A stretch of 64,000 nucleotides of DNA from Terriglobia bacterium (GTDB lineage: Bacteria; Acidobacteriota; Terriglobia; JAJPHL01; JAPKYU01). Position 1 is the first letter of the stretch, and every line of letters starts with the position of its first letter. A program made the position numbers and the translations under genes. The notes below the pieces were generated by a model. That model was not told the DNA's origin, searched no databases, and worked only from the letters and a program-made list of their open reading frames with translations. The DNA lies in assembly GCA_965223005.1 (NCBI GenBank), contig CBDCVK010000005.1, forward strand, positions 128,001 to 192,000. The letters run 5' to 3'. Shown piece by piece: positions 1 to 9,151 of this stretch.

Positions 1-1
1 C

Positions 2-238
2 TCTGTCACGGGAGTCAGGACTTTCCCGTTCTACCAGGAGAACATCGGGCTGATCAAGCGGACCAGTGTCACGGAACGCGTGAATGTCGAATGGCGGATT
101 GAGTTCTTCAACGTCCTCAACCGGGTTCGGTTCGGCAATCCTTCCATTGATATTGGCAATGCTACTACCTTTGGCACGATTGGCGGCCCGGGGAATTCTC
201 CTCGTCAGGGACAGATGGCATTGAAAATCAACTTCTAG
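2..238 (+). CDS. 3' end of TonB-dependent (Oar-like) outer-membrane receptor, partial at window edge
   Basis: Frame from nt 2 translates SVTGVRTFPFYQENIGLIKR...RVRFGNPS...NSPRQGQMALKINF*, nearly identical to the C-terminus of 2160..5714; terminal Phe typical of OM beta-barrels. Confidence 0.9.
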   Translation, partial: SVTGVRTFPFYQENIGLIKRTSVTERVNVEWRIEFFNVLNRVRFGNPSIDIGNATTFGTIGGPGNSPRQGQMALKINF

Positions 239-253
239 CTTCTACTTACACGC

Positions 254-324
254 ATCCGCCTCCAGACGCTCACACGTCTGGAGGCGGATTTTTTTTGCTT
301 TGTCCGCCCGGGACAAAGCAAAAA
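254..324 (+). terminator. Intrinsic terminator followed by a second hairpin
   Basis: atccgcctccagacg-ctcaca-cgtctggaggcggat then a T run; then ttttgctttgtcc-gcccg-ggacaaagcaaaa. Confidence 0.85.
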
Positions 325-507
325 TGAAGGTGCCGGTGAGGCACACAGGCCCCGCGGCGTTGCTGCCTGACCAGTGTATCTTGCCCTTCCGGCCAGCTCC
401 GCGGTAGCGGCGGGCGAAAGAACGACACTGTTGAACTTCAGTATTCCCCTGCCAGTGAAGGGGGCGTATGATGCGATGAACGACGCACCCGAACGGCGAG
501 GTTTCTT

Positions 508-1626
508 ATGGGAATCCGAAACGTGGCTTTGGCCCGAAACTTGGGTTTAGCATTGATAGTTTCTGTTTCTCTGCTGTGGGCGCAACAGGCGGACCTAGGA
601 GGGGAAAAGGAAGGCCGCCCGCGTGGCCCAGGCAGCCCGGAGGGACGGGCGCCGGGCCCCTCGATCCCCGGCCAAGACCCGTCCGACCGCGTTCCATTCA
701 TCAGGGGCCAAGGCCCCTCCGGGAGAATCTTAGGCGCGCCGTCTACTCACCTGCGCGTGGAACTCTACCGGGACATGATGCTCGCGGATACCACCATTAG
801 CAACCTGGACGGTACGTTCAAGTTTCAACAGCCGGAGTCTGGCAACCGTTTTGAAATCCGCGTGGACCTCGGTAACGGCCAGGAATACGTGGAACAGGTG
901 GATTTCTACCACGGCGCGCCGATCACGATCATCATCCGGCCAGAGAGAATCCGGAGAACCCAATTTGCTGGCGATAACACCGCGGGCGGCGGCGCCATCA
1001 TCAGTGTGGCCAGCCTGAATGTGCCCAAGAAGGCCGCCAAGGAATTTAGGAAAGCCCGCAAGGCCGCGCGAAAGAAGAAGTACGAGGAGGCCCTCGGGCG
1101 GCTGCAGAAAGCTACCGAGATGTATCCCCAGTATGCGGCAGCCTTTAACGAAATGGGAGTGATCTACCTGCGGCAAAATCAGCAGCCGGAGGCGCGCCAC
1201 GCCTTTGAGCAGGCGATCGCCGCCGACGCCGAATGGGTGCTTGCTTACCTGAGCTTGGCTTCTCTGCAAATGTCCGACAATCAACCGCAACAGTTGCTGG
1301 AAACCTCCAACAAAATCCTCCAGCTCCGGCCCACCCTGGGCCCGGGACATTTCTTCCACTCCTACGCCAACCTGTCGCTGGGCCGTCTGGAGGAAGCCGA
1401 AAAGAGCGCTCTACAAGCGGATCAACATGACCACCGTCAGGTGCCTCAGATCCACTTGTTGCTAGCCCAAATCTACTGGCAGAAGGGCAAGCTGGAGGAA
1501 GCGGAAAAGCAACTGCGCGCGTTTTTGCAAGAGAGCCCCAAGGGGCCCAACGCCGACAAAGTCCGGGCCGGAATCGCGGAGTTACAGCAGCAGGCGAAAG
1601 CGCAGCTCGAACAGCCAGAGCAATAA
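508..1626 (+). CDS. Secreted TPR-repeat protein with N-terminal beta-sandwich (carboxypeptidase-regulatory-like) region
   Basis: Signal peptide; SVASLNVPKKAAKEF motif followed by multiple TPR helices, a common Acidobacteria architecture. Confidence 0.8.
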   Translation: MGIRNVALARNLGLALIVSVSLLWAQQADLGGEKEGRPRGPGSPEGRAPGPSIPGQDPSDRVPFIRGQGPSGRILGAPSTHLRVELYRDMMLADTTISNLDGTFKFQQPESGNRFEIRVDLGNGQEYVEQVDFYHGAPITIIIRPERIRRTQFAGDNTAGGGAIISVASLNVPKKAAKEFRKARKAARKKKYEEALGRLQKATEMYPQYAAAFNEMGVIYLRQNQQPEARHAFEQAIAADAEWVLAYLSLASLQMSDNQPQQLLETSNKILQLRPTLGPGHFFHSYANLSLGRLEEAEKSALQADQHDHRQVPQIHLLLAQIYWQKGKLEEAEKQLRAFLQESPKGPNADKVRAGIAELQQQAKAQLEQPEQ

Positions 1627-1688
1627 CCCGCCGGGGCCAACCGCCACCTATGTATGCGCTGTTGCCAGCGGTAAAGGGAGGCCAACGC

Positions 1689-1790
1689 TGGCTCATCGAC
1701 GTCGGCTATCTGGGCAACAAGGGAACGCGGCTGACGAGCGGGGTGTTTAATCAAACCAAACTACAAAACGAACTCCTTCCTCGATCGCAC
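1689..1790 (+). pseudogene. Decayed internal fragment of a TonB-dependent receptor gene
   Basis: tggctcatcgacgtcggctatctgggcaacaagggaacgcggctgacgagcggggtgtttaatcaa encodes WLIDVGYLGNKGTRLTSGVFNQ, matching WLIDVAYVANKGTRLTSGIFNQ at ~4674-4740. Confidence 0.8.
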
Positions 1791-2078
1791 GTAACTATTT
1801 GATTTTAATATGACTAGTAGCCTCGGACAAGGTTCGGTCGGGGCGGCACATTCCGCTCTTACGTGGGCCATTGTTCAACACGAAGCTGCTTTCTTCCTCG
1901 GCCTCAGCCCGGTGAGGATTGAGAACATTCCTCCACCTTAGCCTCAGACTTGCCGCCCCCGGCTTCGAGGTACACGGCGTAATGTGGGAGCAGGCGCGAG
2001 CACTTGAGCGGGTGGGCGCCACCAGGGCGCATTTCTCGGCTAGTGGTGCTGTCGGCTAAACCACGCACAAAAAAACAC

Positions 2079-2108
2079 TTGACACAAGAAATTATACTAT
2101 CCTATTAT
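2079..2108 (+). promoter_or_regulatory. Candidate sigma70 promoter of the receptor gene
   Basis: TTGACA (2079) with TATTAT (2103), 18-nt spacer, and an upstream A-tract. Confidence 0.55.
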
Positions 2109-2159
2109 TCCTCCAGTTTTGGGCGGAAAGTCTAGCTTACGAACAGAGGAGTTTTGGTC

Positions 2160-5100
2160 ATGAGGAAGAGCCTGTCTTTTGGCTTGGTTTTTGTGTTGGC
2201 ATTTGCGCTGAACTTGCAGGCACAAGTGGGTGAGCGCGGAGTGATTCGGGGAACAGTGCTCGATCCCACGGGAGCGGCTGTCCCCGGAGCCACAGTCACA
2301 GTCACCAACATTACCACGGGCGTCTCCTTATCAACGACGACCAGCGGCTCCGGCCTGTACAACGTTGCTAACCTGCGGCCGGAGACCTACGTCGTGGCGG
2401 TGGAGCTGTCCGGCTTCAAGCGCTCAGTGCAAGACGGTGTCGTAGTGAACGTCTCGCAGGTGGTCGGTTTAGACTTCACGCTGGAACTGGGCGCGGTGGC
2501 CGAAAGCGTGGAGGTGACGGCGGCGGCGCCGCAACTGAGAACCGAGACCGCCGAGGTCGGGAGCGTCCTCCCTCAAGTCGTGATGACCGATCTCCCTATG
2601 GTGGTTTCTGGCCGCGGCCGCGAGCCGCTTCAATTCATTTTCCTGACGCCGGGCGCCTCTTCGGGCGGCACCTCTTCCCCTGACGGGAGTAGCAGTTCGC
2701 AGGTTGGCAGTACCTTCTTCCAAAGAATGAATGGTGGCCAGGTCTTTACGATGGAATTGCACCTGGACGGCCTGAGTATGCAAGCGGGGGTGTGGACCAA
2801 TACCGGCCGGGAATTGACCTTCGCACCCGAAGCGATTCAGGAAGCTTCGATGGCGCAAAGCACCGCCTCGGCGGAGACCTCCTCCGGTGGTGGTGTCGCA
2901 CGTTTCACCACAAAGTCCGGAACCAATGAGTGGCACGGGAACCTGTATGAATTCTGGCGGAACGACTACTTCGACGCGAGAGGTTTCTTCGCCACATCGG
3001 TCCCGAAGCGGCGCTGGAACGAGTTTGGAGGGAGTATAGGCGGCCCAGTTTTTAAGGATCGGACCTTCGTCTTTGTGAACCAGACCTACTTCAGACGGAG
3101 CGATGCCGGAGGGAGCGACTTTCTTTCGGTGCCGACTGCCGCCGCCAAGAGCGGCGATCTTTCTGGGATCCTGGGGGCTCCGATCGCAGGGACTCCCTAT
3201 CAGGCGAACCAAGTCTTCGACCCGGCAACCACCCGCGATGACGGGCAAGGCGGGCTCCTACGCGACCCGTTTGTCGGCAACATCATCCCATCGGACCGGA
3301 TCAGTCCCATATCGAAGAACATCAACGGCTTTCTCGCCAGTCCGACAAGTGCGGGCGAGTTCAACAATTTTCTGTCTACCTCCGCGCCGAGGAGCAAACT
3401 CTATAAGCTGACCATAAGAATGGATCATCGGATTAAAGACCGTCACAGCATCTACGGCATGTACAATTATGCTCCCGCGCCCAGGTTAGATGTCGGTGCC
3501 ATCCCCTTCCCGCACGGCCAGAACGCAAGGGGGACTTTCCACAATTTGGCCATTCGGGGCGCTTACGACTTCGTGATCTCGCCGACGGTGACCAATCATT
3601 TGTCGGGCGGCTTCAATCAGAACCCTGAGGGGTTCTTCATGCTAGGCGATGGAGACGGATGGGCGGACACACTGGGCTTCGGCATGCGGGGCCCGCAGGG
3701 GCAGGCTCCCTTCACCGGCCTCCATGACGGCGCCTTTCCCGACATCAACTTTGAGGCTGGAAGCTATGCTCGAATCAGCGGCTCCGGGGGCTCGATTGAT
3801 ACGAACACGAATTTCTATCAAAACGTCTACGTTTTTTCGGACACTCTGACGGTCCTTCGCGGCAAGCACAACATGAAGATCGGTATGGACTTCCGTACAA
3901 TCCACGTGGACCAGTTTTCGGCTCCCAGCAACGGGCGCTTTAATTTTAGGCGGACCCAGACTGGACTGCCTGGCGTGTCCGGAACGGGCCTTGATTGGGC
4001 GAGCTACTTGTTAGGCGATGTAGACTCGGCTGGGCTTCTGGACCCGGCATTTCAACCCGACGGACTATCGAGGTCTCGGGTCAATATGTTGGGAATCTAT
4101 TTCCAGGATGACATCAAGCTCAGCCCGACCCTCACGCTGAACATGGGTCTGCGGTGGGATATGTTCACTCCCATGCGCGATGTGAATGACAACTGGTCGG
4201 TGCTGGATCTCAACCTGCCCAACCCCGACGCCGGGGGACGGCCTGGTGCGCTGATCTTTGCTGGTCAAGGCGCGGGACGCACCGGAGCGAGCCGTTTGCT
4301 CGGCGCGGATAAGGTGGATATGACCAACTTTGCTCCGCGCATCGGTCTGGCCTGGAGGTTTGCGCCGTCGACGGTGCTTCGGGTCGGATACGGCGTCCAC
4401 TACTATGGGACGATGATCCACATGGCCGGAAACCTGCGGCGATCGGCGATCGGCTTTGAGGCCCTTCCCAGTTTAATATCGCCCGATAACGGCATCTCGC
4501 CTTCCTACAACTGGAGTGATCCCGCGACTCTGGGATTTCCAACCTATCGGAGGCCTCCGCTTATTGAGCCGGGCTTTGCCAATGGCGGCCGCGCCTGGGA
4601 GTTCCACGATACCGACAAGATACCTTACAGGCAGGAATGGAGCTTCAATATTCAGCACCAAATGCCCGGCAATTGGCTCATTGACGTCGCCTATGTGGCC
4701 AACAAGGGAACGCGGCTGACGAGCGGTATCTTTAATCAAAACCAGCTCAATCCGAGCTTCCTCTCGCTGGGGCCCGCAGGCCTGCTCACAAGAGACATTA
4801 ACGACCCTGCGGTTGCGGCGGCTGGCTTCTCGCCTCCCTACGCAGGATTCGAGGGCACCCTGGCCCAGTCCTTGCGGCCCTACCCGCAATACAACCTGGT
4901 CGGGACCGTTGGGGACATCGGCGGGGACTCGATTGACGCGGTTGGCATTGGAAACTCAACTTTCCACTCATTCCAAGCGAAGCTCGAGAGACGGCTCACG
5001 GGGGGCCTATACCTGCTGAGTTCGTTCCGCTGGTCCAAGATGTTGACCGACTCGGATTCCAATTGGGGCGCTTTCTGGTCGCCACGGGCGCGCGACTTTT

Positions 5101-5714
5101 ATAACCGGCAACTGGAAAAGGCGCTTGCGCCTTCCGACATCGCGGCGCGATGGGTCACGGGGTTCATGTATGAACTGCCGTTTGGTCCTGGAAAGCTGCT
5201 AGGCGGCGGTACCACCGGCGCTGCGGCCAAGGTGCTCGGCGGCTGGAAGCTCACCGGGGCCCTGACCTACCAGACAGGAAATCCGATCCAGGTGATTGCC
5301 CCCAACACCGTGGGCTTGTTTACTCGCCGCCAGCTTCCCAACGTAGTTTCGGGAGTGTCTCAGGGAGGGGCCAGCGGCGATTTCGACCCCGGCGTCGGTC
5401 TCGCGACGGCATCACGCGATAAGTTCCTCAACCCATCTGCTTTTGAGATTCCAGCCGACTTTACCTTCGGAAACGGGCCCTCTGTCACGGGTGTCAGGAC
5501 TTTCCCGTTTTACTCGGAGAACTTCGGGCTGATCAAGCGAACGGGCATCACGGAAAGGGTCAATATCGAATGGCGGCTTGAGTTCTTCAACGCTTTCAAC
5601 CGGGTTCGGTTCGGCAATCCTTCCATTGATGTGAGCCAACTTACCTTTGGCACGATTAGCGGCGCAGGGAATTCACCTCGCTCGGGACAGATGGCATTGA
5701 AGCTCAACTTCTAG
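2160..5714 (+). CDS. TonB-dependent/Oar-like outer-membrane receptor with carboxypeptidase-regulatory-like N-domain
   Basis: Signal peptide, GTVLDPTGAAVPGATV, TKSGTNEWHG, NFAPRIGLAW, C-terminal QMALKLNF; RBS gaggag before ATG 2160. Confidence 0.92.
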   Translation: MRKSLSFGLVFVLAFALNLQAQVGERGVIRGTVLDPTGAAVPGATVTVTNITTGVSLSTTTSGSGLYNVANLRPETYVVAVELSGFKRSVQDGVVVNVSQVVGLDFTLELGAVAESVEVTAAAPQLRTETAEVGSVLPQVVMTDLPMVVSGRGREPLQFIFLTPGASSGGTSSPDGSSSSQVGSTFFQRMNGGQVFTMELHLDGLSMQAGVWTNTGRELTFAPEAIQEASMAQSTASAETSSGGGVARFTTKSGTNEWHGNLYEFWRNDYFDARGFFATSVPKRRWNEFGGSIGGPVFKDRTFVFVNQTYFRRSDAGGSDFLSVPTAAAKSGDLSGILGAPIAGTPYQANQVFDPATTRDDGQGGLLRDPFVGNIIPSDRISPISKNINGFLASPTSAGEFNNFLSTSAPRSKLYKLTIRMDHRIKDRHSIYGMYNYAPAPRLDVGAIPFPHGQNARGTFHNLAIRGAYDFVISPTVTNHLSGGFNQNPEGFFMLGDGDGWADTLGFGMRGPQGQAPFTGLHDGAFPDINFEAGSYARISGSGGSIDTNTNFYQNVYVFSDTLTVLRGKHNMKIGMDFRTIHVDQFSAPSNGRFNFRRTQTGLPGVSGTGLDWASYLLGDVDSAGLLDPAFQPDGLSRSRVNMLGIYFQDDIKLSPTLTLNMGLRWDMFTPMRDVNDNWSVLDLNLPNPDAGGRPGALIFAGQGAGRTGASRLLGADKVDMTNFAPRIGLAWRFAPSTVLRVGYGVHYYGTMIHMAGNLRRSAIGFEALPSLISPDNGISPSYNWSDPATLGFPTYRRPPLIEPGFANGGRAWEFHDTDKIPYRQEWSFNIQHQMPGNWLIDVAYVANKGTRLTSGIFNQNQLNPSFLSLGPAGLLTRDINDPAVAAAGFSPPYAGFEGTLAQSLRPYPQYNLVGTVGDIGGDSIDAVGIGNSTFHSFQAKLERRLTGGLYLLSSFRWSKMLTDSDSNWGAFWSPRARDFYNRQLEKALAPSDIAARWVTGFMYELPFGPGKLLGGGTTGAAAKVLGGWKLTGALTYQTGNPIQVIAPNTVGLFTRRQLPNVVSGVSQGGASGDFDPGVGLATASRDKFLNPSAFEIPADFTFGNGPSVTGVRTFPFYSENFGLIKRTGITERVNIEWRLEFFNAFNRVRFGNPSIDVSQLTFGTISGAGNSPRSGQMALKLNF

Positions 5715-5731
5715 CTTCTACTTTCACGCAT

Positions 5732-5795
5732 CCGCCTCCAGACGGTCACAGGTCTGGAGGCGGTTTTTTTTGCTTTGTCCAGCCGGACAAAGCAA
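5732..5795 (+). terminator. Intrinsic terminator followed by a second hairpin
   Basis: ccgcctccagac...gtctggaggcgg then a T run; then ttgctttgtcc-agcc-ggacaaagcaa. Confidence 0.85.
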
Positions 5796-5925
5796 GAATG
5801 AACGCAGCGGTGAGGGACTTCCGCCCGCCATCCCCCGCCTTTTGGGTTGCCTACAGGCAACGTTATCCTTCCGGGAGAAACAGTCCGAACCTCCGGTTTG
5901 TGGCATGTTGTGGTGAAATAGATTC

Positions 5926-8900
5926 ATGTCTCTGAGCGCCTGGCTGCGGGTTGCCTCCATCGTACTGGCCTGCACGCTGGTCCAGACCGCCGGAGCCGCT
6001 CCGGCGGGAAGCGTGATTGTCGGCGAAGAGAAGCTCGTCTTGCCCACCTACACCTTGGCCAGAACGGAGCCGGCCCCGCCGCTATTTCCTCAGTACGACA
6101 GCGGCCTCTATCCTTACGCCTCCTTCGATCGCACTACGCTGAGCCGGACGCCGGAAGCCAAGACCTACCGCGCCATCGTGCTGGAGAACGAATACCTGCG
6201 GGTGACGTTGGTGCCCGAATTGGGCGGCCGCATCTGGTCGGCTACCGAGAAGGCCACCGGGCAGCCGGTGTTCTACGAAAACCACGTGGTCAAGCCCACC
6301 AATCGCAACCCCCGAGGAGGGTGGCCGGCGGGCGGCTTCGAGGTGTACGGGCCCTACGGCGCGCACACGCTCACCTATCCCGGCGAGCCGTGGGCTGACG
6401 CGGTGCTGCTGGGTCGCGACGGCAGCGTGGCCGTCGTGCTCTCCCACGTAGACCACCTGTTCCGCACCAAGCTGCTGGCCACTTTCCGACTCTACCCCCG
6501 CCGCTCCTACATCGAGGTCACGCTGAACCTCTTCAACCCCAACAGCACCCGCAAGCGCTACCTGCTCTGGACCAACGCCGCCATACCAGCCTCTGCGGGC
6601 ACCCGGTTCCTCTACCCGATGACACGCGCCCGCGCCTTGGGCTCTTCGCAGTGGAGCCCCTGGCCGGTGGCCGACGGCATCGACCAGAGCCGGTATCGTA
6701 ACCACCAGCGGGCGGCGGGCCTGCTCGCTCTCGATCTGGTCGACGACTACATTGGTTCCTACGACGCGGAAAAGGACCGCGGCCTGGTGCGCCACGCAAA
6801 CCGCTTTGTGGCCCGAGGCGCCGGGATCTGGACCTGGGGCGCCGGAGAGCCCGGACGCCAGCACGTTCCCACCTACACCGATGCCGACGGCCCCTACGTC
6901 GAGCTGCGCAGCGGTCGCTTCGCCGGGCATCGCCAGTACGAGTTCCTCGAGCCCGGCGCCGCCGATGGCTGGACCGAATACTGGTACCCGGTACGGGGCA
7001 TCGGCGGCTTCGTTACCGCCAACCTCAACGGTGCGCTGAACGTGGTGGAGAAACCCGGCGCGGTGATGGTGGGAATCTCCCCCACTCGCGTCTGGAAGCA
7101 GGCGGCGGTGCGGCTGCTGCATCGCGGTCGCGAAGTCGCCCAGGCCTCGGCTGACCTGTCTCCGAAGAAGCCGTGGCGGCGCGACTTCGTGCTCGGCCTC
7201 GTTGCGGGCTCGGCTACCCTGGTGGATGCGGTCGAAGTAACGGATGCCCAGGGTGCCACGCTGCTGCGTTGGACGCCGGCTCAGCCGGAAGAGCTGGCCA
7301 TCGATGCCCTGCCGCGAAACTTCGGCCCACTTGAGTCGCTTTCGGCCGACGAGGCGTATCGTAAGGGCGTCGCCGAAGTGAAGTCGGGCGATCCGGAGAG
7401 GGCTGCCTTAAGCTTCCGGGGGGCCCTACGAAGCGACGTCCGGTTCGCCCCTGCGCTGCTGGAACTGGGCTTGCTGGCCTTCGCGCGCGCGGACTGGGAA
7501 AGCGCCGAGCGAAGGTTCCGTGCGGCCATTGAGCGCGCCCCGGATTGGGGCGAAGTGCGCTACCACCTCGGCCTGGTGAAGCTGCAGCGTGGCCAGCGCG
7601 CCGCCGCGCGCCACCACCTCTACCAGGTGCTCCCCAGTTCGCAGAAGTACACCCGAGCGCAATTCGAGCTAGGTCGCGCGGAGCTGCTGGAAGGCCGCCC
7701 TGCGCCGGCCGCTCGACTGTTCCGCCGCGTACTGAAAGCCAATGGCCAGGATCGCAGCGCGCGCGAAGCCCTGGCCTATGTCCTGCGCCAGATGGAGCGC
7801 TCCCGCGAGGCAGCCAATGAGCTGGCGGCACTGGACGCGCTGGACCCGACTAACGCCTTGGTCGCCGCCGAAAAGGTGTTTGCCCGCACCGGTCCCACCA
7901 CCGCCGTGGACCAGCGCGTGGTGCGCCACGTCCAGGGCTATCTGGAACTAGCCGCCGCTTACATGCGCCTAGGGGCCTGGGAGGAGGCCGCCGAAATCGC
8001 CAGCCTCGGGCTGGCAGCTTCCGGCGTCCGCCACCCACTGCTGTTCTACTACCGCGCCTACGCGCGGGCCCAGCAAGCCACTGCTTCCCAGGCCGAAGCC
8101 GGCGAGATCCCACCTGCGGTTCGCAGGGATCTGGCGGAAGGCGCCTCCTGCCAACTGACGCTGGACGTCTGGCCATTTCGCTCTGAGGGAGTCGCCATCC
8201 TGCAGTTCGCCGCGCAAGCCAACCCCAGCGATTCAGTCGCTTCCTACCTGCTGGGCACGTTGCTGTGGGCGCTGGACCGGAAGCCGGAGGCACTGTCAGC
8301 CTGGCGCCAAGCACTCGCCGTCGACCAGACCCACCACCTGGCGTTTCGCTCCCTGGGCACGGCTGAAGTGGAGGTTGGCGATCAGGAAGCCGGCGGACAA
8401 ACCCTGGCTCGCGCCTACGAAATGGCTCCCGACGACATTTACACCGGGCTGGTGCTGGCGCGCGTATATGCGAAGCAGGACCGCACCCGAGAAGCCGAGG
8501 CGCTACTCGAGGACATGCCAGCCGACGATGATCGCGTGGTGGGACAACGCGCCGCGCTGTTGGCACAACAGGGACGTTGGGCTGAGGCCGCCGAACTGCT
8601 TCGTAGCCACCCCTTCCGCCCGCAACTGGTTGCGCGTTCGTTGCTGGACCTGTACCGGGAAGTTCACCTGGGCTGGGGAGTGGAGGCCGAGCGGCGCGGT
8701 GATCTGCCCGTGGCCGCGGCGCGCTTTGCTGCTGCCACCGAGCCACTCGCTCGCCTGGGGGCCAATGAGTCAGGAGGTCGGCCTGGGGCCCGCCTGCTGG
8801 CCTTCCAGCAGCGCTGGGAGCTGGCCGCCGCAGAGATCGCTAGTCCTGGGGCCGACAGTCCTGAGGAGCGTTTCTTCCGCGGCCAGGCTCTGACCCACCT

Positions 8901-9126
8901 CGGCCGCACCCAACAGGCCCAGCTGCTTCTGGGATCCGTGCGCAACGACGCCGAAAGCTTGGAGCGCGCCCCACGGCGCCAACAACGCGCCCAAGGTTCC
9001 TACCTGCGCGGGTTGTTGGCTCGCCATGCCGGCTGCCCGGCAGCTGCCCGCAACGCCTTCCAGCGAGCGTTAATCTTCGATGCCAGTCTGCTCAGCGCTC
9101 GTGTCGAGCTAGCCCGGTTGCCCTGA
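5926..9126 (+). CDS. DUF5107-domain protein with TPR repeats, exported
   Basis: Signal peptide; LENEYLRVTLVPELGGRI, WTNAA, WTWG, GPYVEL, WTEYWYP motifs; long TPR C-terminal half. Confidence 0.8.
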   Translation: MSLSAWLRVASIVLACTLVQTAGAAPAGSVIVGEEKLVLPTYTLARTEPAPPLFPQYDSGLYPYASFDRTTLSRTPEAKTYRAIVLENEYLRVTLVPELGGRIWSATEKATGQPVFYENHVVKPTNRNPRGGWPAGGFEVYGPYGAHTLTYPGEPWADAVLLGRDGSVAVVLSHVDHLFRTKLLATFRLYPRRSYIEVTLNLFNPNSTRKRYLLWTNAAIPASAGTRFLYPMTRARALGSSQWSPWPVADGIDQSRYRNHQRAAGLLALDLVDDYIGSYDAEKDRGLVRHANRFVARGAGIWTWGAGEPGRQHVPTYTDADGPYVELRSGRFAGHRQYEFLEPGAADGWTEYWYPVRGIGGFVTANLNGALNVVEKPGAVMVGISPTRVWKQAAVRLLHRGREVAQASADLSPKKPWRRDFVLGLVAGSATLVDAVEVTDAQGATLLRWTPAQPEELAIDALPRNFGPLESLSADEAYRKGVAEVKSGDPERAALSFRGALRSDVRFAPALLELGLLAFARADWESAERRFRAAIERAPDWGEVRYHLGLVKLQRGQRAAARHHLYQVLPSSQKYTRAQFELGRAELLEGRPAPAARLFRRVLKANGQDRSAREALAYVLRQMERSREAANELAALDALDPTNALVAAEKVFARTGPTTAVDQRVVRHVQGYLELAAAYMRLGAWEEAAEIASLGLAASGVRHPLLFYYRAYARAQQATASQAEAGEIPPAVRRDLAEGASCQLTLDVWPFRSEGVAILQFAAQANPSDSVASYLLGTLLWALDRKPEALSAWRQALAVDQTHHLAFRSLGTAEVEVGDQEAGGQTLARAYEMAPDDIYTGLVLARVYAKQDRTREAEALLEDMPADDDRVVGQRAALLAQQGRWAEAAELLRSHPFRPQLVARSLLDLYREVHLGWGVEAERRGDLPVAAARFAAATEPLARLGANESGGRPGARLLAFQQRWELAAAEIASPGADSPEERFFRGQALTHLGRTQQAQLLLGSVRNDAESLERAPRRQQRAQGSYLRGLLARHAGCPAAARNAFQRALIFDASLLSARVELARLP

Positions 9127-9151
9127 GCCTGCCCGGCTACAGGCTCATCGG

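Larger units (their letters stand above)
1..330 (+). repeat. Near-identical paralogous segment of 5480..5802 (receptor 3' end plus terminator region)
   Basis: Direct nucleotide similarity, including non-coding ctagcttctac...cacgcatccgcctccagacg...ggacaaagcaa..atgaa. Confidence 0.9.

Noticed and set aside
1-5802. Diversity-generating retroelement (TR/VR pair) among receptor or pilin repeats
   Set aside because: No reverse transcriptase in the window and differences are not adenine-specific
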